This document shows, one piece after another, positions 1 to 9,052 of a DNA stretch of 64,000 bases. The DNA lies in NCBI GenBank assembly GCA_963669175.1, contig OY769902.1, positions 416,001-480,000 of the forward strand, given 5' to 3'. Numbering within the stretch: position 1 is the stretch's first letter; every line of letters starts with the position of its first letter. The DNA is from a bacterium. Its GTDB lineage: Bacteria; Electryoneota; Electryoneia; Electryoneales; Electryoneaceae. Below the pieces are notes generated by a model. That model was given only the letters and a program-made list of their open reading frames with translations. It searched no databases and was not told the origin of the DNA. Made by a program: the position numbers and the translations under genes.

Positions 1-277
1 CCTTTGCGTCGTACAATCTGGTTGTCCAGCATTGTACTTCCTGCCTGTTTTTGCTTTTGTTACGTTCTGCAAATGAAAAAACGTCCGAAATAGAAATGTA
101 GGGCTGTTCAATTCATAACGTCAAGCTCCCAACAGCCTGTCTGCTCGCTGCCTAATATGTTCAAAAATAACAGTTCAACATACGAATGCTGCCATCCGAG
201 AAACCTTGATTCTCATCACTTGGGGACTATACAGGCTCGTGCGTATACTGTAGCTACCAATTGACCGGGAGTGAGTC

Positions 278-826
278 ATGCCGTCAGAACCATCAGCAGC
301 AGAACAGGGTTACGTCCAGATTTACACCGGAAACGGAAAGGGCAAATCCACAGCGGCCTATGGACTTGCCTTACGTGCTGCCGGAGCGGGAAAACACACT
401 CTGCTGATCCAATTGATGAAAAGCACCTTTTCTTACAGTGAACTGGAGAGTCTCAAGCTACTCGATAAGTGGATCACTGTCGAACGGTATGGAGACGACG
501 ATTTTGTATTAGAAAAGCGTAAGCCAACTGAAGCGGAGAAGCAACCGGGAAAAGACGCCCTCAATCGTGCTGTTGCAGCTCTGAAAAGCCACACCTTCGA
601 CCTGGTGATCCTGGATGAAGCCTGTGTCGCAGCGCATTTTGGATTTTTTGAGGAAGCGGATATGGAGCCTGTATTCCATGCGCGACCCGGCGATGTTGAG
701 CTTGTGCTGACCGGACGTTACTGCCCGGAAAGCTGGCTCTCGCGTGCGGACCTCGTCACAGAAATGACCGAAGTGAAACACTACTATACCCGGGGAGTAT
801 TATCCAGGAAAGGTTTTGATTCCTGA
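278..826 (+). CDS. cobO: cob(I)alamin adenosyltransferase (CobA/CobO/BtuR family)
   Basis: N-terminal QIYTGNGKGKSTAAYGLALRAAG P-loop, ILDE motif, ELVLTGR, ADLVTEM..KH and C-terminal RKGFD, all typical of the family. Confidence 0.93.
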   Translation: MPSEPSAAEQGYVQIYTGNGKGKSTAAYGLALRAAGAGKHTLLIQLMKSTFSYSELESLKLLDKWITVERYGDDDFVLEKRKPTEAEKQPGKDALNRAVAALKSHTFDLVILDEACVAAHFGFFEEADMEPVFHARPGDVELVLTGRYCPESWLSRADLVTEMTEVKHYYTRGVLSRKGFDS

Positions 827-878
827 TATTGCGAAAAAAAACTACAGCCCATAAAGAACCTTTAAGCTGGGGGAAAAC

Positions 879-1511
879 GTGAAAAAGGTAACCACCGTTG
901 TTGTAGCGCTGTTAGCCGGATTGTGCCTCATGGCTTCTGGTGTCTTTGCGCAGGATCAGCTCAGCCAGGAAGACATGCAGGCCATGCAGCAGATGATGCA
1001 GCAGATGCAGATGCAGATGGAGCAGGTAACACCGGGCGATTATATTGATGAAGCTCTCGGTTATTCCCTGAACATTCCAAACGGCTTCACCGGAATGAAG
1101 GTCGATCGCGCTCTTACCGTGGTCAAAGGTGGTTTGGAAGCCATGATGGTTGATGATCCTTCCCGGATGCCGTTGTCCATTGGTGTGATTACCGCGCCAC
1201 GTGAAGAAGACACACCCGCAAGTGTTGAAGAGGCCGATTTTGAAAAATTGGCAGAAGCCCAGGTTGCCAGTATTAACAGCCAGGGTGGTAATGCACAGGT
1301 TCTGCGTTCGGAAAAGACAACATTGAATGGCAAAGACTGCCTGTTCTTTATCACTGCAATGAGTATGGAGGGTATACAGGTCGAGACATGCAATTACATG
1401 TTTATCGAAAACAACCAGGTCTATTATCTCGTTTTCACCTATCCGACCGGAACGTATGATACAAACAAGGACGAGATTTCAGCGATCGCCGGGACATTCC
1501 AGATTCAGTAA
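879..1511 (+). CDS. secreted hypothetical protein, possibly PsbP/DcrB-like fold, with Met/Gln-rich N-terminal segment
   Basis: GTG start after GGGGG; signal peptide ending VFA-Q; GYSLNIPNGF ... YYLVFT ... IAGTFQI pattern. Confidence 0.6.
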   Translation: MKKVTTVVVALLAGLCLMASGVFAQDQLSQEDMQAMQQMMQQMQMQMEQVTPGDYIDEALGYSLNIPNGFTGMKVDRALTVVKGGLEAMMVDDPSRMPLSIGVITAPREEDTPASVEEADFEKLAEAQVASINSQGGNAQVLRSEKTTLNGKDCLFFITAMSMEGIQVETCNYMFIENNQVYYLVFTYPTGTYDTNKDEISAIAGTFQIQ

Positions 1512-1561
1512 AAAGGCGTACTCTGCTTTCTTAGCACGACCATATTGTACCAAGATGTCAT

Positions 1562-1593
1562 CAGAGCCGACAATCCTGTCGGCTCTGTGTTTG
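1562..1593 (+). terminator. intrinsic terminator
   Basis: cagagccgaca-atcc-tgtcggctctg perfect hairpin followed by tgtttg. Confidence 0.7.
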
Positions 1594-1671
1594 TCATGTC
1601 ATGTTACGCTAATTACTTTGCGATAGCGTACAATGTTCAAGTGGGCCGTTCCACATGGATCTGTCCATTAA

Positions 1672-2706
1672 ATGGTTGATCACAACCGGGAAATGATCGT
1701 TATGCCAAGCACACGTGTCTTGATTGTTGATGATGATCCTTCCATGCTGGAAGATCTCAGGTTGTATTTACAGCACCATGGGTGTGACGTTGTTGCTGTG
1801 GATAACGCGACATCTGCCATGACAGCTTTGCATAGACTAGCATTTGACATTGTGATCACTGATTGGATCATGCCGGAGATTTCCGGTATCGAACTTATAT
1901 ACCAGGTAAGAAAAACGATAAGTCCTGTGCCCGTGATCCTGGTAATAACCGGTCTGAATTCCTCCTTTGCGAGACGACATGCCCTGGAATCCGGCGCTGA
2001 TGATTTCCTGGCCAAACCATTTGAGTTCATCGAATTAAAACATCGAATCGATATTCTGCACAATCGTCAATCACAACCTGCCCCCAGCCTGACTAAAACG
2101 ATCACGGTTCCCCCGGTTCACGATAAACCGCCCTTTTATTGCGTGGCCATAGCTGCCAGTACAGGGGGGCCGCCGGTTCTGACCCGGTTGCTATCATCGC
2201 TTCCCATGCTTCCTGATACTGTTTTATTGGTCGTTCTGCACAGTCCGGGCTGGGCGCTGGAAGACATGGTGCAGCGTTTGAACAAATCAGTCAGCATGCC
2301 GATTGCACTCGGTCGGGATGGGATGAAGCTCGAACCGGGAAACATCTATCTCGCCCCCGGGGACAGGCACATGCTGGTAACCGGTTCTTTCCGTTTGCGC
2401 TTGACCGATGATCCGCCGGAGAACTTCGTCCGTCCCGCCGCGGATCCGCTGTTTAGAAGTGTAGCAAAAGCCTTCGGCAAATACAGCGTTGGTGTCATTC
2501 TCACCGGCATGGGACAGGATGGCGCCCAGGGGGCACGGCACCTGGCAGCAGTCGATGCGGCCATACTGGTCCAGGATCCGGACAGTGCCATTGCACGGTC
2601 CATGCCGGAAACCGCGCTCATGGTTAATCCGAAAGCATTCCGTGTTGCCCTGGAAAACCTGCCCGCACGTATCACCGCCAATGTGCAGCTTCTAAGCAGA
2701 AAGTAG
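1672..2706 (+). CDS. cheB: receiver domain + CheB-type methylesterase
   Basis: LIVDDD / TDWIMP / LAKP receiver; ASTGGP, H, RPAADPLF, GVILTGMGQDGAQG, QD...MP CheB motifs; true start may be 1693 or 1702. Confidence 0.82.
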   Translation: MVDHNREMIVMPSTRVLIVDDDPSMLEDLRLYLQHHGCDVVAVDNATSAMTALHRLAFDIVITDWIMPEISGIELIYQVRKTISPVPVILVITGLNSSFARRHALESGADDFLAKPFEFIELKHRIDILHNRQSQPAPSLTKTITVPPVHDKPPFYCVAIAASTGGPPVLTRLLSSLPMLPDTVLLVVLHSPGWALEDMVQRLNKSVSMPIALGRDGMKLEPGNIYLAPGDRHMLVTGSFRLRLTDDPPENFVRPAADPLFRSVAKAFGKYSVGVILTGMGQDGAQGARHLAAVDAAILVQDPDSAIARSMPETALMVNPKAFRVALENLPARITANVQLLSRK

Positions 2707-2808
2707 ACGTTGCAGCATTCCTTTCCTGCTTGCTGTCGGGTTTCATTCACAGCAGGTTTGGCCCGACTGCTTGCTGTCGGGGACTCGTCGAGACGTAGAA
2801 ACTTGAAC

Positions 2809-3030
2809 GAAAAGGGGACGGAATCCTTTTCCCCGATCAAATATTGAACACTCCCGCAGCTCTCGTGGAAAAGGAAGCTGTACCCTTTTCGCTGTGATAA
2901 TACCGGATCACTGAACACAGAACAGAGTGGTAAACATCTTCAACGGCAAAAGGGGACAGTCACCTTTTGGATACCCTCTATCACGATATACCTCACCAAA
3001 GCGCGACGAAAAGGAAACAGTCCCCTTTTG
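2809..3030. repeat. two REP-like inverted doublets (AAAAGGGGAC...CCTTTT family)
   Basis: 23-bp imperfect palindromes at 2809-2831/2868-2890 and 2947-2969/3008-3030, each pair in opposite orientation. Confidence 0.8.
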
Positions 3031-3180
3031 CTGCAAGTTTCTGCAATAGCGATTGTCCATGTGCGTTGAGCCTGTAGATATAAACCGCAACAAACGAACA
3101 GCTATTCAACCAATTCCTCGAACACTTTCCTCTCATCTCCAGGAGGTGTCAAAAAAATTGTAAAGAATGTGTTAGCAGCC

Positions 3181-3209
3181 TTGACATGGCTCGTTTCTTG
3201 TCGCACATT
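3181..3209 (+). promoter_or_regulatory. sigma70-type promoter of the LacI/mannoside operon
   Basis: TTGACA (3181-3186), 17-bp spacer, CACATT (3204-3209), overlapping the operator. Confidence 0.6.
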
Positions 3210-3228
3210 ATCGAACCGGTTCGATAAT
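3207..3228. promoter_or_regulatory. LacI-family operator O1
   Basis: perfect 22-bp palindrome ATTATCGAACCGGTTCGATAAT with central CG; core repeated at 9104-9117. Confidence 0.85.
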
Positions 3229-3321
3229 TTTTGAGGCGTTTGGAGGCTTCATAAGGGTTTGTGCAAACTAAATCCGATGGATAGCCCAAGGTTACAGCAG
3301 CGGTTCTCCATCGGGACGATG

Positions 3322-3335
3322 TCGAAACGATTCGA
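3322..3335. promoter_or_regulatory. auxiliary LacI operator
   Basis: TCGAAACGATTCGA, 12/14 match to TCGAACCGGTTCGA, 5 bp before the lacI start codon. Confidence 0.6.
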
Positions 3336-3340
3336 GGCTT

Positions 3341-4378
3341 ATGGCTGCTACTATTCGAGATGTCGCCCAGCGCGCTAAAGTTGCGCCTTCTACCGTATCC
3401 GCGGTCCTGAACAATAAGGGGTACGTGCATCACGATACCCGGGCTCGTATCGAACAAGCCATCCGTGACTTGAAATACATCCCACGTCGCAGCGCACGTT
3501 CGCTCACCACACGCACCAGCGGCAACATCGGCTTCATCGTAAACGAAAACCATTTCACCCGGGCTGAACCTTTTTACACCAAGGTCTTTCTCGGGACAGA
3601 ATTCCAGGCTCGAAGGCATGACTTTTATGTCCTGCTGACATCCGTAAGCGATTCCTATGCCTCCTACCGTGACATGCCGCGTTTCCTGCTGGAGCGTAAT
3701 GTGGATGGTGTCATTATCGCAGGGTCCGTGCCTGCCAGGTTGATCCAGGACGTTGTGGATCAGGAAGTCCCTGTGGTGCTGGTGGACTTTGCCAATGGAG
3801 GCCGCAGTCTGCCGCGAGTCCTGATCGACAACCGGCATGGCGCCTACCTGGCAACCCGCCACCTGCTCGAACGGGGGCATGAACGCATTGGCTTTATTGG
3901 TGGGAATAAGCCGCATCCCAGCCGAATGGAACGTTTTGAGGGCTTCCGTGACGCTCTGCTGGAGTCCGGGCTCCCGGTAAATGAGGACTGGGTAGCGCTC
4001 AGTGATACTCGGTCATCGGTGGAGTTGGGTGAAGAATTGTTTCATGCGTTGTGGGATAAACCTGAAAAACCCGGCGCATTGGTTTGTTTTAACGATGCTA
4101 TTGCCATGGGAGTGTTGCATGCCGCGCATGCGATGAATGTCAAAATACCCACTGAATTATCCATTGTCGGGTTTGATGATGTGGATGCCTGTGCTCATAC
4201 ATCCCCCCCGTTAAGTACGGTACGGGTTCAGAAAGAAGAGCTGGGGATGGTTGCCATGCGCACACTTCACGATCTCATCGCCGGTCGTGAAAAGGCCATG
4301 GTAAGCACACGCATCGGAGTTGAGTTGGTGATTCGGCAGTCAACCGGGCCGGGTCAGGTTTTAAGCAGGGAGGCGTGA
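3341..4378 (+). CDS. LacI-family transcriptional regulator
   Basis: TIRDVAQRAKVAPSTVSAVLN HTH, YIPRRSARSL hinge, SIVGFDD...PPLSTV sugar-binding domain. Confidence 0.96.
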   Translation: MAATIRDVAQRAKVAPSTVSAVLNNKGYVHHDTRARIEQAIRDLKYIPRRSARSLTTRTSGNIGFIVNENHFTRAEPFYTKVFLGTEFQARRHDFYVLLTSVSDSYASYRDMPRFLLERNVDGVIIAGSVPARLIQDVVDQEVPVVLVDFANGGRSLPRVLIDNRHGAYLATRHLLERGHERIGFIGGNKPHPSRMERFEGFRDALLESGLPVNEDWVALSDTRSSVELGEELFHALWDKPEKPGALVCFNDAIAMGVLHAAHAMNVKIPTELSIVGFDDVDACAHTSPPLSTVRVQKEELGMVAMRTLHDLIAGREKAMVSTRIGVELVIRQSTGPGQVLSREA

Positions 4379-4385
4379 CACTATC

Positions 4386-5408
4386 ATGGAACATTGCAAC
4401 CTTTACAATAGAAGGCTGTTTTTGAAGCCAACCGATCTGGCGTTCGAAAACCGTGCAGTACTGAATCCCGCCGCCGTCCAGATGGACGAGGATGTGCATT
4501 TCTACTACCGTGCCGTAGCGCAGGACATGATCTCAACAATCGGTTACCTGCGAATGCGCTACGCAAACGATGAGCCGGTTGTTGTAGAACGATGGAATCA
4601 TCCAATCCTGGCTCCGGCTACAGGTTGGGATCAGTTCGGTGTGGAAGACCCTCGAGTCCTCCAGTTCGAGGGACGCTGGTACATGTTCTATACGGCCTTT
4701 GATGGGGACAACGCACAACTGGCATACGCTGTTGGCGATTCCCCGACTTCTTTCACCGAACGCCACCTGATCGGCCCGAAGGTGACCCGCCGCGAAGGGC
4801 TGGATCTGATCGCAGGAAACCCCAAGCTGGAACCGCAACGGAAATACTGGACCGAATGGGGCAACCTGGACGGTTTCCTGTGGGAGAAGGACGCTACCAT
4901 TTTACCGGAACGTCACAACGGAAAGATCGTTTTCATTCATCGTCTGCGTCCCAACGCGCAGATCGCGTTCCTGGACAGCATGGATCAACTGGAAGATCGT
5001 GATTGGTGGATCGAACATATCCGCACCCTGGATCAACACCTGCTGCTCACCCAGGAAAACTGGTGGGAAGCGAGCCACATGGGCATGGGTCCGGTTCCGA
5101 TGAAAACCGAGCATGGCTGGCTGTTCATTTACCACGGTTGCACTTATCCACCGGAAAAAACCTACCGGGCCGGGGCGGCGCTGCTGGACCTGGATGATCC
5201 CCGCAAGGTAATCGGACGTTTCTCTGAACCCCTGTTCCAGCCGGAAGAAGGCTGGGAGCTGGAAGGTGATGTCAATCATGTCGTGTTCCCGGAAGGCCTG
5301 GTCCGGCACGGCGATGTGCTGGATATCTTCTACGGTGGTGCGGACTCGGTTATCGGTGTGATTTCGGTGAAAATGCCGGATCTGCTGGGGTGCCTGATGA
5401 AGAAGTGA
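4386..5408 (+). CDS. GH130-family beta-mannoside phosphorylase/hydrolase
   Basis: VLNPAA, YYRAV, GVEDPRV, YTAFDG, KDA..P, HR, GPVPMKTEHGWLFIYHG, EGDVNHVVFP, YGGADS. Confidence 0.88.
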   Translation: MEHCNLYNRRLFLKPTDLAFENRAVLNPAAVQMDEDVHFYYRAVAQDMISTIGYLRMRYANDEPVVVERWNHPILAPATGWDQFGVEDPRVLQFEGRWYMFYTAFDGDNAQLAYAVGDSPTSFTERHLIGPKVTRREGLDLIAGNPKLEPQRKYWTEWGNLDGFLWEKDATILPERHNGKIVFIHRLRPNAQIAFLDSMDQLEDRDWWIEHIRTLDQHLLLTQENWWEASHMGMGPVPMKTEHGWLFIYHGCTYPPEKTYRAGAALLDLDDPRKVIGRFSEPLFQPEEGWELEGDVNHVVFPEGLVRHGDVLDIFYGGADSVIGVISVKMPDLLGCLMKK

Positions 5409-5565
5409 AAAAGGTGAAAAAAGTCTACAAGTTGGCAAGTTGAAAAGTTGGAATGTTCTAAAGTTAATGAATGTTAAAGATTTGGTAGCCTATAAGGTAT
5501 AATTATTAAAACTGATGTTTGATTCACTAACAATTCCTAATTACTAATTTCTAATTCCTAATTCA
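5403..5565. repeat. AT-rich cassette with 8-9-nt and 7-nt periodic tandem repeats
   Basis: aagtgaaaa x2, then caagttgg/caagttga/aaagttgg-type 8-mers; right arm aattcct/aattact/aatttct/aattcct. Confidence 0.75.
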
Positions 5566-5587
5566 ACAAACGGGATGGGTTAAAGAA

Positions 5588-6889
5588 GTGAAGCGTGGAG
5601 TTACCAACATAGTTTGGATCGTGATGATAGTGTGGACCGTTGCCGGTTGTGGCGGCAAAACGGCCGACACATCGGGCAAGGTAACGCTTCTCTACTGGCC
5701 ATCAACCAACCCTTATGAAATCGAATTGGCCGAAACGCTGGTCGCGGAATGGAACGCAGCTCACCCGGACACACTGGTCAAGGTGCAGCCCTTGCCGGAA
5801 GGACGCAGCGGCGAAGAAGTGTTGATCATCGCAGCCGCCGGGCAGACGACACCGGATATCTGTTCCAATGTCCCCCCGGTGATCGTTCCCCTGCTGGCGA
5901 AGGCCAATGCACTGGTGCCGGTAAATCAGTTCGAAGACGGCCGGGAATACATGGACCAACGGTTGCCTGATGGTATGGCAGCCAGTTTCGCCAACGTCGA
6001 CGGGAACCTGTACCAGATCCCCTGGAAGGGCAACCCGATCATGATTCAGTACAACACCGGGATGTTACGTGATGCCGGTGTTACGGAACTGCCACGGACC
6101 TGGTCGGAATGGAATGAGGTTGCGGATGCGGTGACGCTGGATCGAGACGGTGACGGACGTTTTGACCAGTGGATGGCCAATGTGCAGGTGGAATCGGAAT
6201 GGCGACGACGGCTCTTTGACGTATACACTTTTTACATAGCAGCGACCAACGGCGGCACGTTGCTGAAAGACGGCCAGGTGGACTTTGACAACCAGACCAT
6301 GGTGGAAACGCTCGAGCTGTTCCGCACCGGATATGTGAACGGCTGGTATCCAAAATCCATCTTCCCCGGCGACATGTTCCTGCAGAACCGTCTGGCGGCA
6401 GTAGTCACCGGCCCCTGGAATATCGCGCATACGGAGAAACTGAAACCGGAAGGTTTCGAATACGGTTTCGGCCCGGTCCCCATCCCGGATAATCATCAGG
6501 GCGGCGACTGGACCTTTGGCGATCCGAAAAGCATCGGCATTTTCAGCACGACACAACATCCGGAAGCGGCGTGGGCCTTTGTCAAGTTCATGATTGACCG
6601 CAAAGCAGACCTGATGCTGCTGGAAATCTGCAACCAGTTGCCGTTACGGCGAGATTTGCTGACGGACAGCCTGTACACAGGCTACTTCGAAGCGAATCCC
6701 ATGATGGCCGCCTTCGCGGAACGTGTGCCATCTACCAAGGGATTCGACCAGCATCCAGCACTGCAGGAAGTGTTTGATGCGGTCAATTCGGCGTTTGATG
6801 CCTGCTGCGTGAACCAGGCGGTCCCGGCAGATGAAGCAGTTCATAAAGCAGCCGAACGAAGCAGACATATCCTGGCGATGAGGAAGTGA
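5588..6889 (+). CDS. carbohydrate ABC transporter solute-binding lipoprotein
   Basis: lipobox VAGC; PDI, LYQIPW, YNTGML..AG...PRTW, TGPW, HPEAAWAFVKFM (SBP_bac_1-like). Confidence 0.92.
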   Translation: MKRGVTNIVWIVMIVWTVAGCGGKTADTSGKVTLLYWPSTNPYEIELAETLVAEWNAAHPDTLVKVQPLPEGRSGEEVLIIAAAGQTTPDICSNVPPVIVPLLAKANALVPVNQFEDGREYMDQRLPDGMAASFANVDGNLYQIPWKGNPIMIQYNTGMLRDAGVTELPRTWSEWNEVADAVTLDRDGDGRFDQWMANVQVESEWRRRLFDVYTFYIAATNGGTLLKDGQVDFDNQTMVETLELFRTGYVNGWYPKSIFPGDMFLQNRLAAVVTGPWNIAHTEKLKPEGFEYGFGPVPIPDNHQGGDWTFGDPKSIGIFSTTQHPEAAWAFVKFMIDRKADLMLLEICNQLPLRRDLLTDSLYTGYFEANPMMAAFAERVPSTKGFDQHPALQEVFDAVNSAFDACCVNQAVPADEAVHKAAERSRHILAMRK

Positions 6890-6993
6890 ATTATAAGTTT
6901 GAAAGTTTACAAGTTGAAAAGTTATTGATATCTCGATTATATGACTCCAATTTGTTTATTCTTCATTCTTAATTCTTAATAAAAAAAAGGTTT

Positions 6994-7088
6994 GGCCCGA
7001 CTTGCATGTGATAAAGAATGAGTTAGATGATTAAAGTGCTATGAATAATAAATCTGCACCACTACAGAAGCTAATAAGCAAGTCGGGA
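6994..7088. repeat. 95-bp cassette with GGCCCGACTTGC...GCAAGTCGGGA inverted termini
   Basis: same termini and length at 23349-23445 and 23538-23632. Confidence 0.75.
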
Positions 7089-7162
7089 TTTGATAAAGAG
7101 TAACAATACGAAGTAAAAGGACGTTGTCTGGATATTTTCTCGGCAAAGGGGAGAAGAGGACG

Positions 7163-8044
7163 TTGAGCGACAACAGCATCATCAGAGCACTCAAGCAGGG
7201 AAGACATGGCTACGGCCTCACAGCGCCGTACTTTATTTTCTTCCTGCTGTTTGTCGCCTATCCCATCATTTTCTCCTTTATCCTGGTTTTCCACCGCTGG
7301 TCCATCGTCGGTCCCATGGAATGGGTCGGACTGGCTAATTTCCGCGAAATGATCGGCGACACACTGTTCTGGAAAGCGATTGGCAACACGCTGATCTTCC
7401 TGGTCATTCATGTCCCGCTACAGATTGCAGCCGCGTTACTTATTGCTGAAGTGTTAAACCGTAAACTCGTCGCCCGTGGATTCTTCCGTGCGGCGTTTTT
7501 CTTGCCGGTAGTCGTTTCCGGTGTTGCCGTAACGATACTCTGGAAACAGCTCTACAGCACCGACCTGGGCATTCTGAACCAGTTGCTGTCCCTGATCGGC
7601 ATGGGGCCGGTTCCCTGGATTACCGATCCCGGGTGGGCCATGCCTTCCATTGCGATCATGGCGACCTGGAAGAATGTCGGTTTGTACATCGTGATCTTCC
7701 TGGCGGGATTGCAGAGTGTGCCGCGCCACCTTTACGAAGCAGCGGAAATTGACGGCGCGAACTCCGTCCAGCAGTTCTTCTACATCACCATCCCGGCGAT
7801 CAACCCGGCAATGGTGATGGTGGTGATCCTGTCCACGATCAACGGCTTCAACCTGTTCATCGAACCTTATGTACTGACCGGCGGTGGCCCCATGGATTCC
7901 ACCCTGTCGGCTGTGCTGTATGTGTACAAACAGGCCTTCAACTTCTTCCGCATGGGATACGCGGCAACGATCGGATTTACGGTTGCCTTCATCATCATGA
8001 TCGTCGTCCTGGTACAACGTCACTTTGTCGAGCAGGAGGACTGA
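7163..8044 (+). CDS. carbohydrate ABC transporter permease (MalF-like)
   Basis: WVGLANF, FRAAFFLPVV, LYEAAEIDGA EAA motif, LTGGGP; TTG start at 7163 inferred (ORF opens at 7124). Confidence 0.93.
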   Translation: MSDNSIIRALKQGRHGYGLTAPYFIFFLLFVAYPIIFSFILVFHRWSIVGPMEWVGLANFREMIGDTLFWKAIGNTLIFLVIHVPLQIAAALLIAEVLNRKLVARGFFRAAFFLPVVVSGVAVTILWKQLYSTDLGILNQLLSLIGMGPVPWITDPGWAMPSIAIMATWKNVGLYIVIFLAGLQSVPRHLYEAAEIDGANSVQQFFYITIPAINPAMVMVVILSTINGFNLFIEPYVLTGGGPMDSTLSAVLYVYKQAFNFFRMGYAATIGFTVAFIIMIVVLVQRHFVEQED

Positions 8045-8047
8045 GCC

Positions 8048-8863
8048 ATGAGCCTGAAGAAACTCCTGTTTTACCTGATCCTTGCCGCAGCGGCGCTGAT
8101 TTTCCTGTACCCGTTCGCCTGGATGATCGGAGCAACCTTCCGTCCCGAAGCGGAAGTGATGAAATTCGGCCTGTGGGGTTCCGAGTTTACCCTGTTCAGC
8201 TATAACACGATGATGGATAAAATCCCCATCTTCCGCGCCCTGCTGAACAGCATGATCGTATCGTTTGTTTCTACTGTTGCCGTGCTGGTCCTCTGTTCCA
8301 TGACCGGGTATTCCCTGGCACGACTTCGTTTTGCCGGACGAAAACTGATCTTCATTGTCATCCTGTTCACCATGATGATTCCATTCCAGATAACGCTGAT
8401 TCCCATGTATGTGCTGATGGTCAAGTTGAACCTCACGGACACCTATGCCGGCCTGATTGTCCCCTTTACCATGAGCCCCTTCGCCATTCTTCTCTTCCGT
8501 CAGTTCTTCATGCAGGTTCCGCAGGATCTGATGGACGCTGCACGGATTGACGGGTTGAGTGAACTGGGCATCCTTTTCCGGATTTTCTGGCCGTTGTCTC
8601 GTCCGGCGCTGATCACAGTGGGAATCGTGCATTTTATGACGATCTGGAACGAAGTGCTGTGGCCGATCATCATCGTTCGCCAACGTGAGTTGATGACCAT
8701 GCCACAGATGGTTGCCCTGTTTGAAGTGGGCGGGCAGGCGGAAAATCTTGTCGGGGTAAAGCTGGCCGCCGCCGCGGTATTGGTCGCGCCGGTGGTGATA
8801 GCTTATCTCTTTTTACAACGATACTTCATTGAAAGCATGGCGACAACGGGGCTGAAGGGGTGA
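8048..8863 (+). CDS. carbohydrate ABC transporter permease (MalG-like)
   Basis: LLNS, GYSLAR..FAGR, LMDAARIDG, WNEVLWP, LQRYFIES...GLKG. Confidence 0.94.
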   Translation: MSLKKLLFYLILAAAALIFLYPFAWMIGATFRPEAEVMKFGLWGSEFTLFSYNTMMDKIPIFRALLNSMIVSFVSTVAVLVLCSMTGYSLARLRFAGRKLIFIVILFTMMIPFQITLIPMYVLMVKLNLTDTYAGLIVPFTMSPFAILLFRQFFMQVPQDLMDAARIDGLSELGILFRIFWPLSRPALITVGIVHFMTIWNEVLWPIIIVRQRELMTMPQMVALFEVGGQAENLVGVKLAAAAVLVAPVVIAYLFLQRYFIESMATTGLKG

Positions 8864-8865
8864 TA

Positions 8866-9033
8866 TTTAATTAGGAATTAATAATTGGGAATTAGGAATT
8901 GAACGAAGATTGTAAGAGTAATTTATAAGTTGAAAGAAGATGTTTTGTGCTTAAATACATGCTAAACACAAACTATAGAGAAGATATTCGACGCTTTAAT
9001 AATTCCTAATTTGTAATTCCTAATTCCTAATTG
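8866..9033. repeat. AT-rich cassette with inverted 7-mer tandem arms
   Basis: left aattagg-aattaat-aattggg-aattagg-aatt; right aattcct-aatttgt-aattcct-aattcct-aatt (reverse complement). Confidence 0.85.
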
Positions 9034-9052
9034 GCGGAGAAGGGATAGAAGC

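Noticed and set aside
1-32. Possible start of a minus-strand gene (MLDNQIVRRK) leaving the window
   Set aside because: Too short to support a call
34-277. Cobalamin riboswitch upstream of cobO
   Set aside because: No B12-box or other conserved elements found
2809-3030. Four 23-bp repeats with 36-56-bp spacers resembling a mini CRISPR array
   Set aside because: Repeats alternate in orientation, are degenerate and unevenly spaced; no cas genes; better explained as REP doublets
7454-8683. 409-aa antisense ORF over the permeases; likewise 45810-46817 and 49969-51360
   Set aside because: Antisense shadows of well-supported genes
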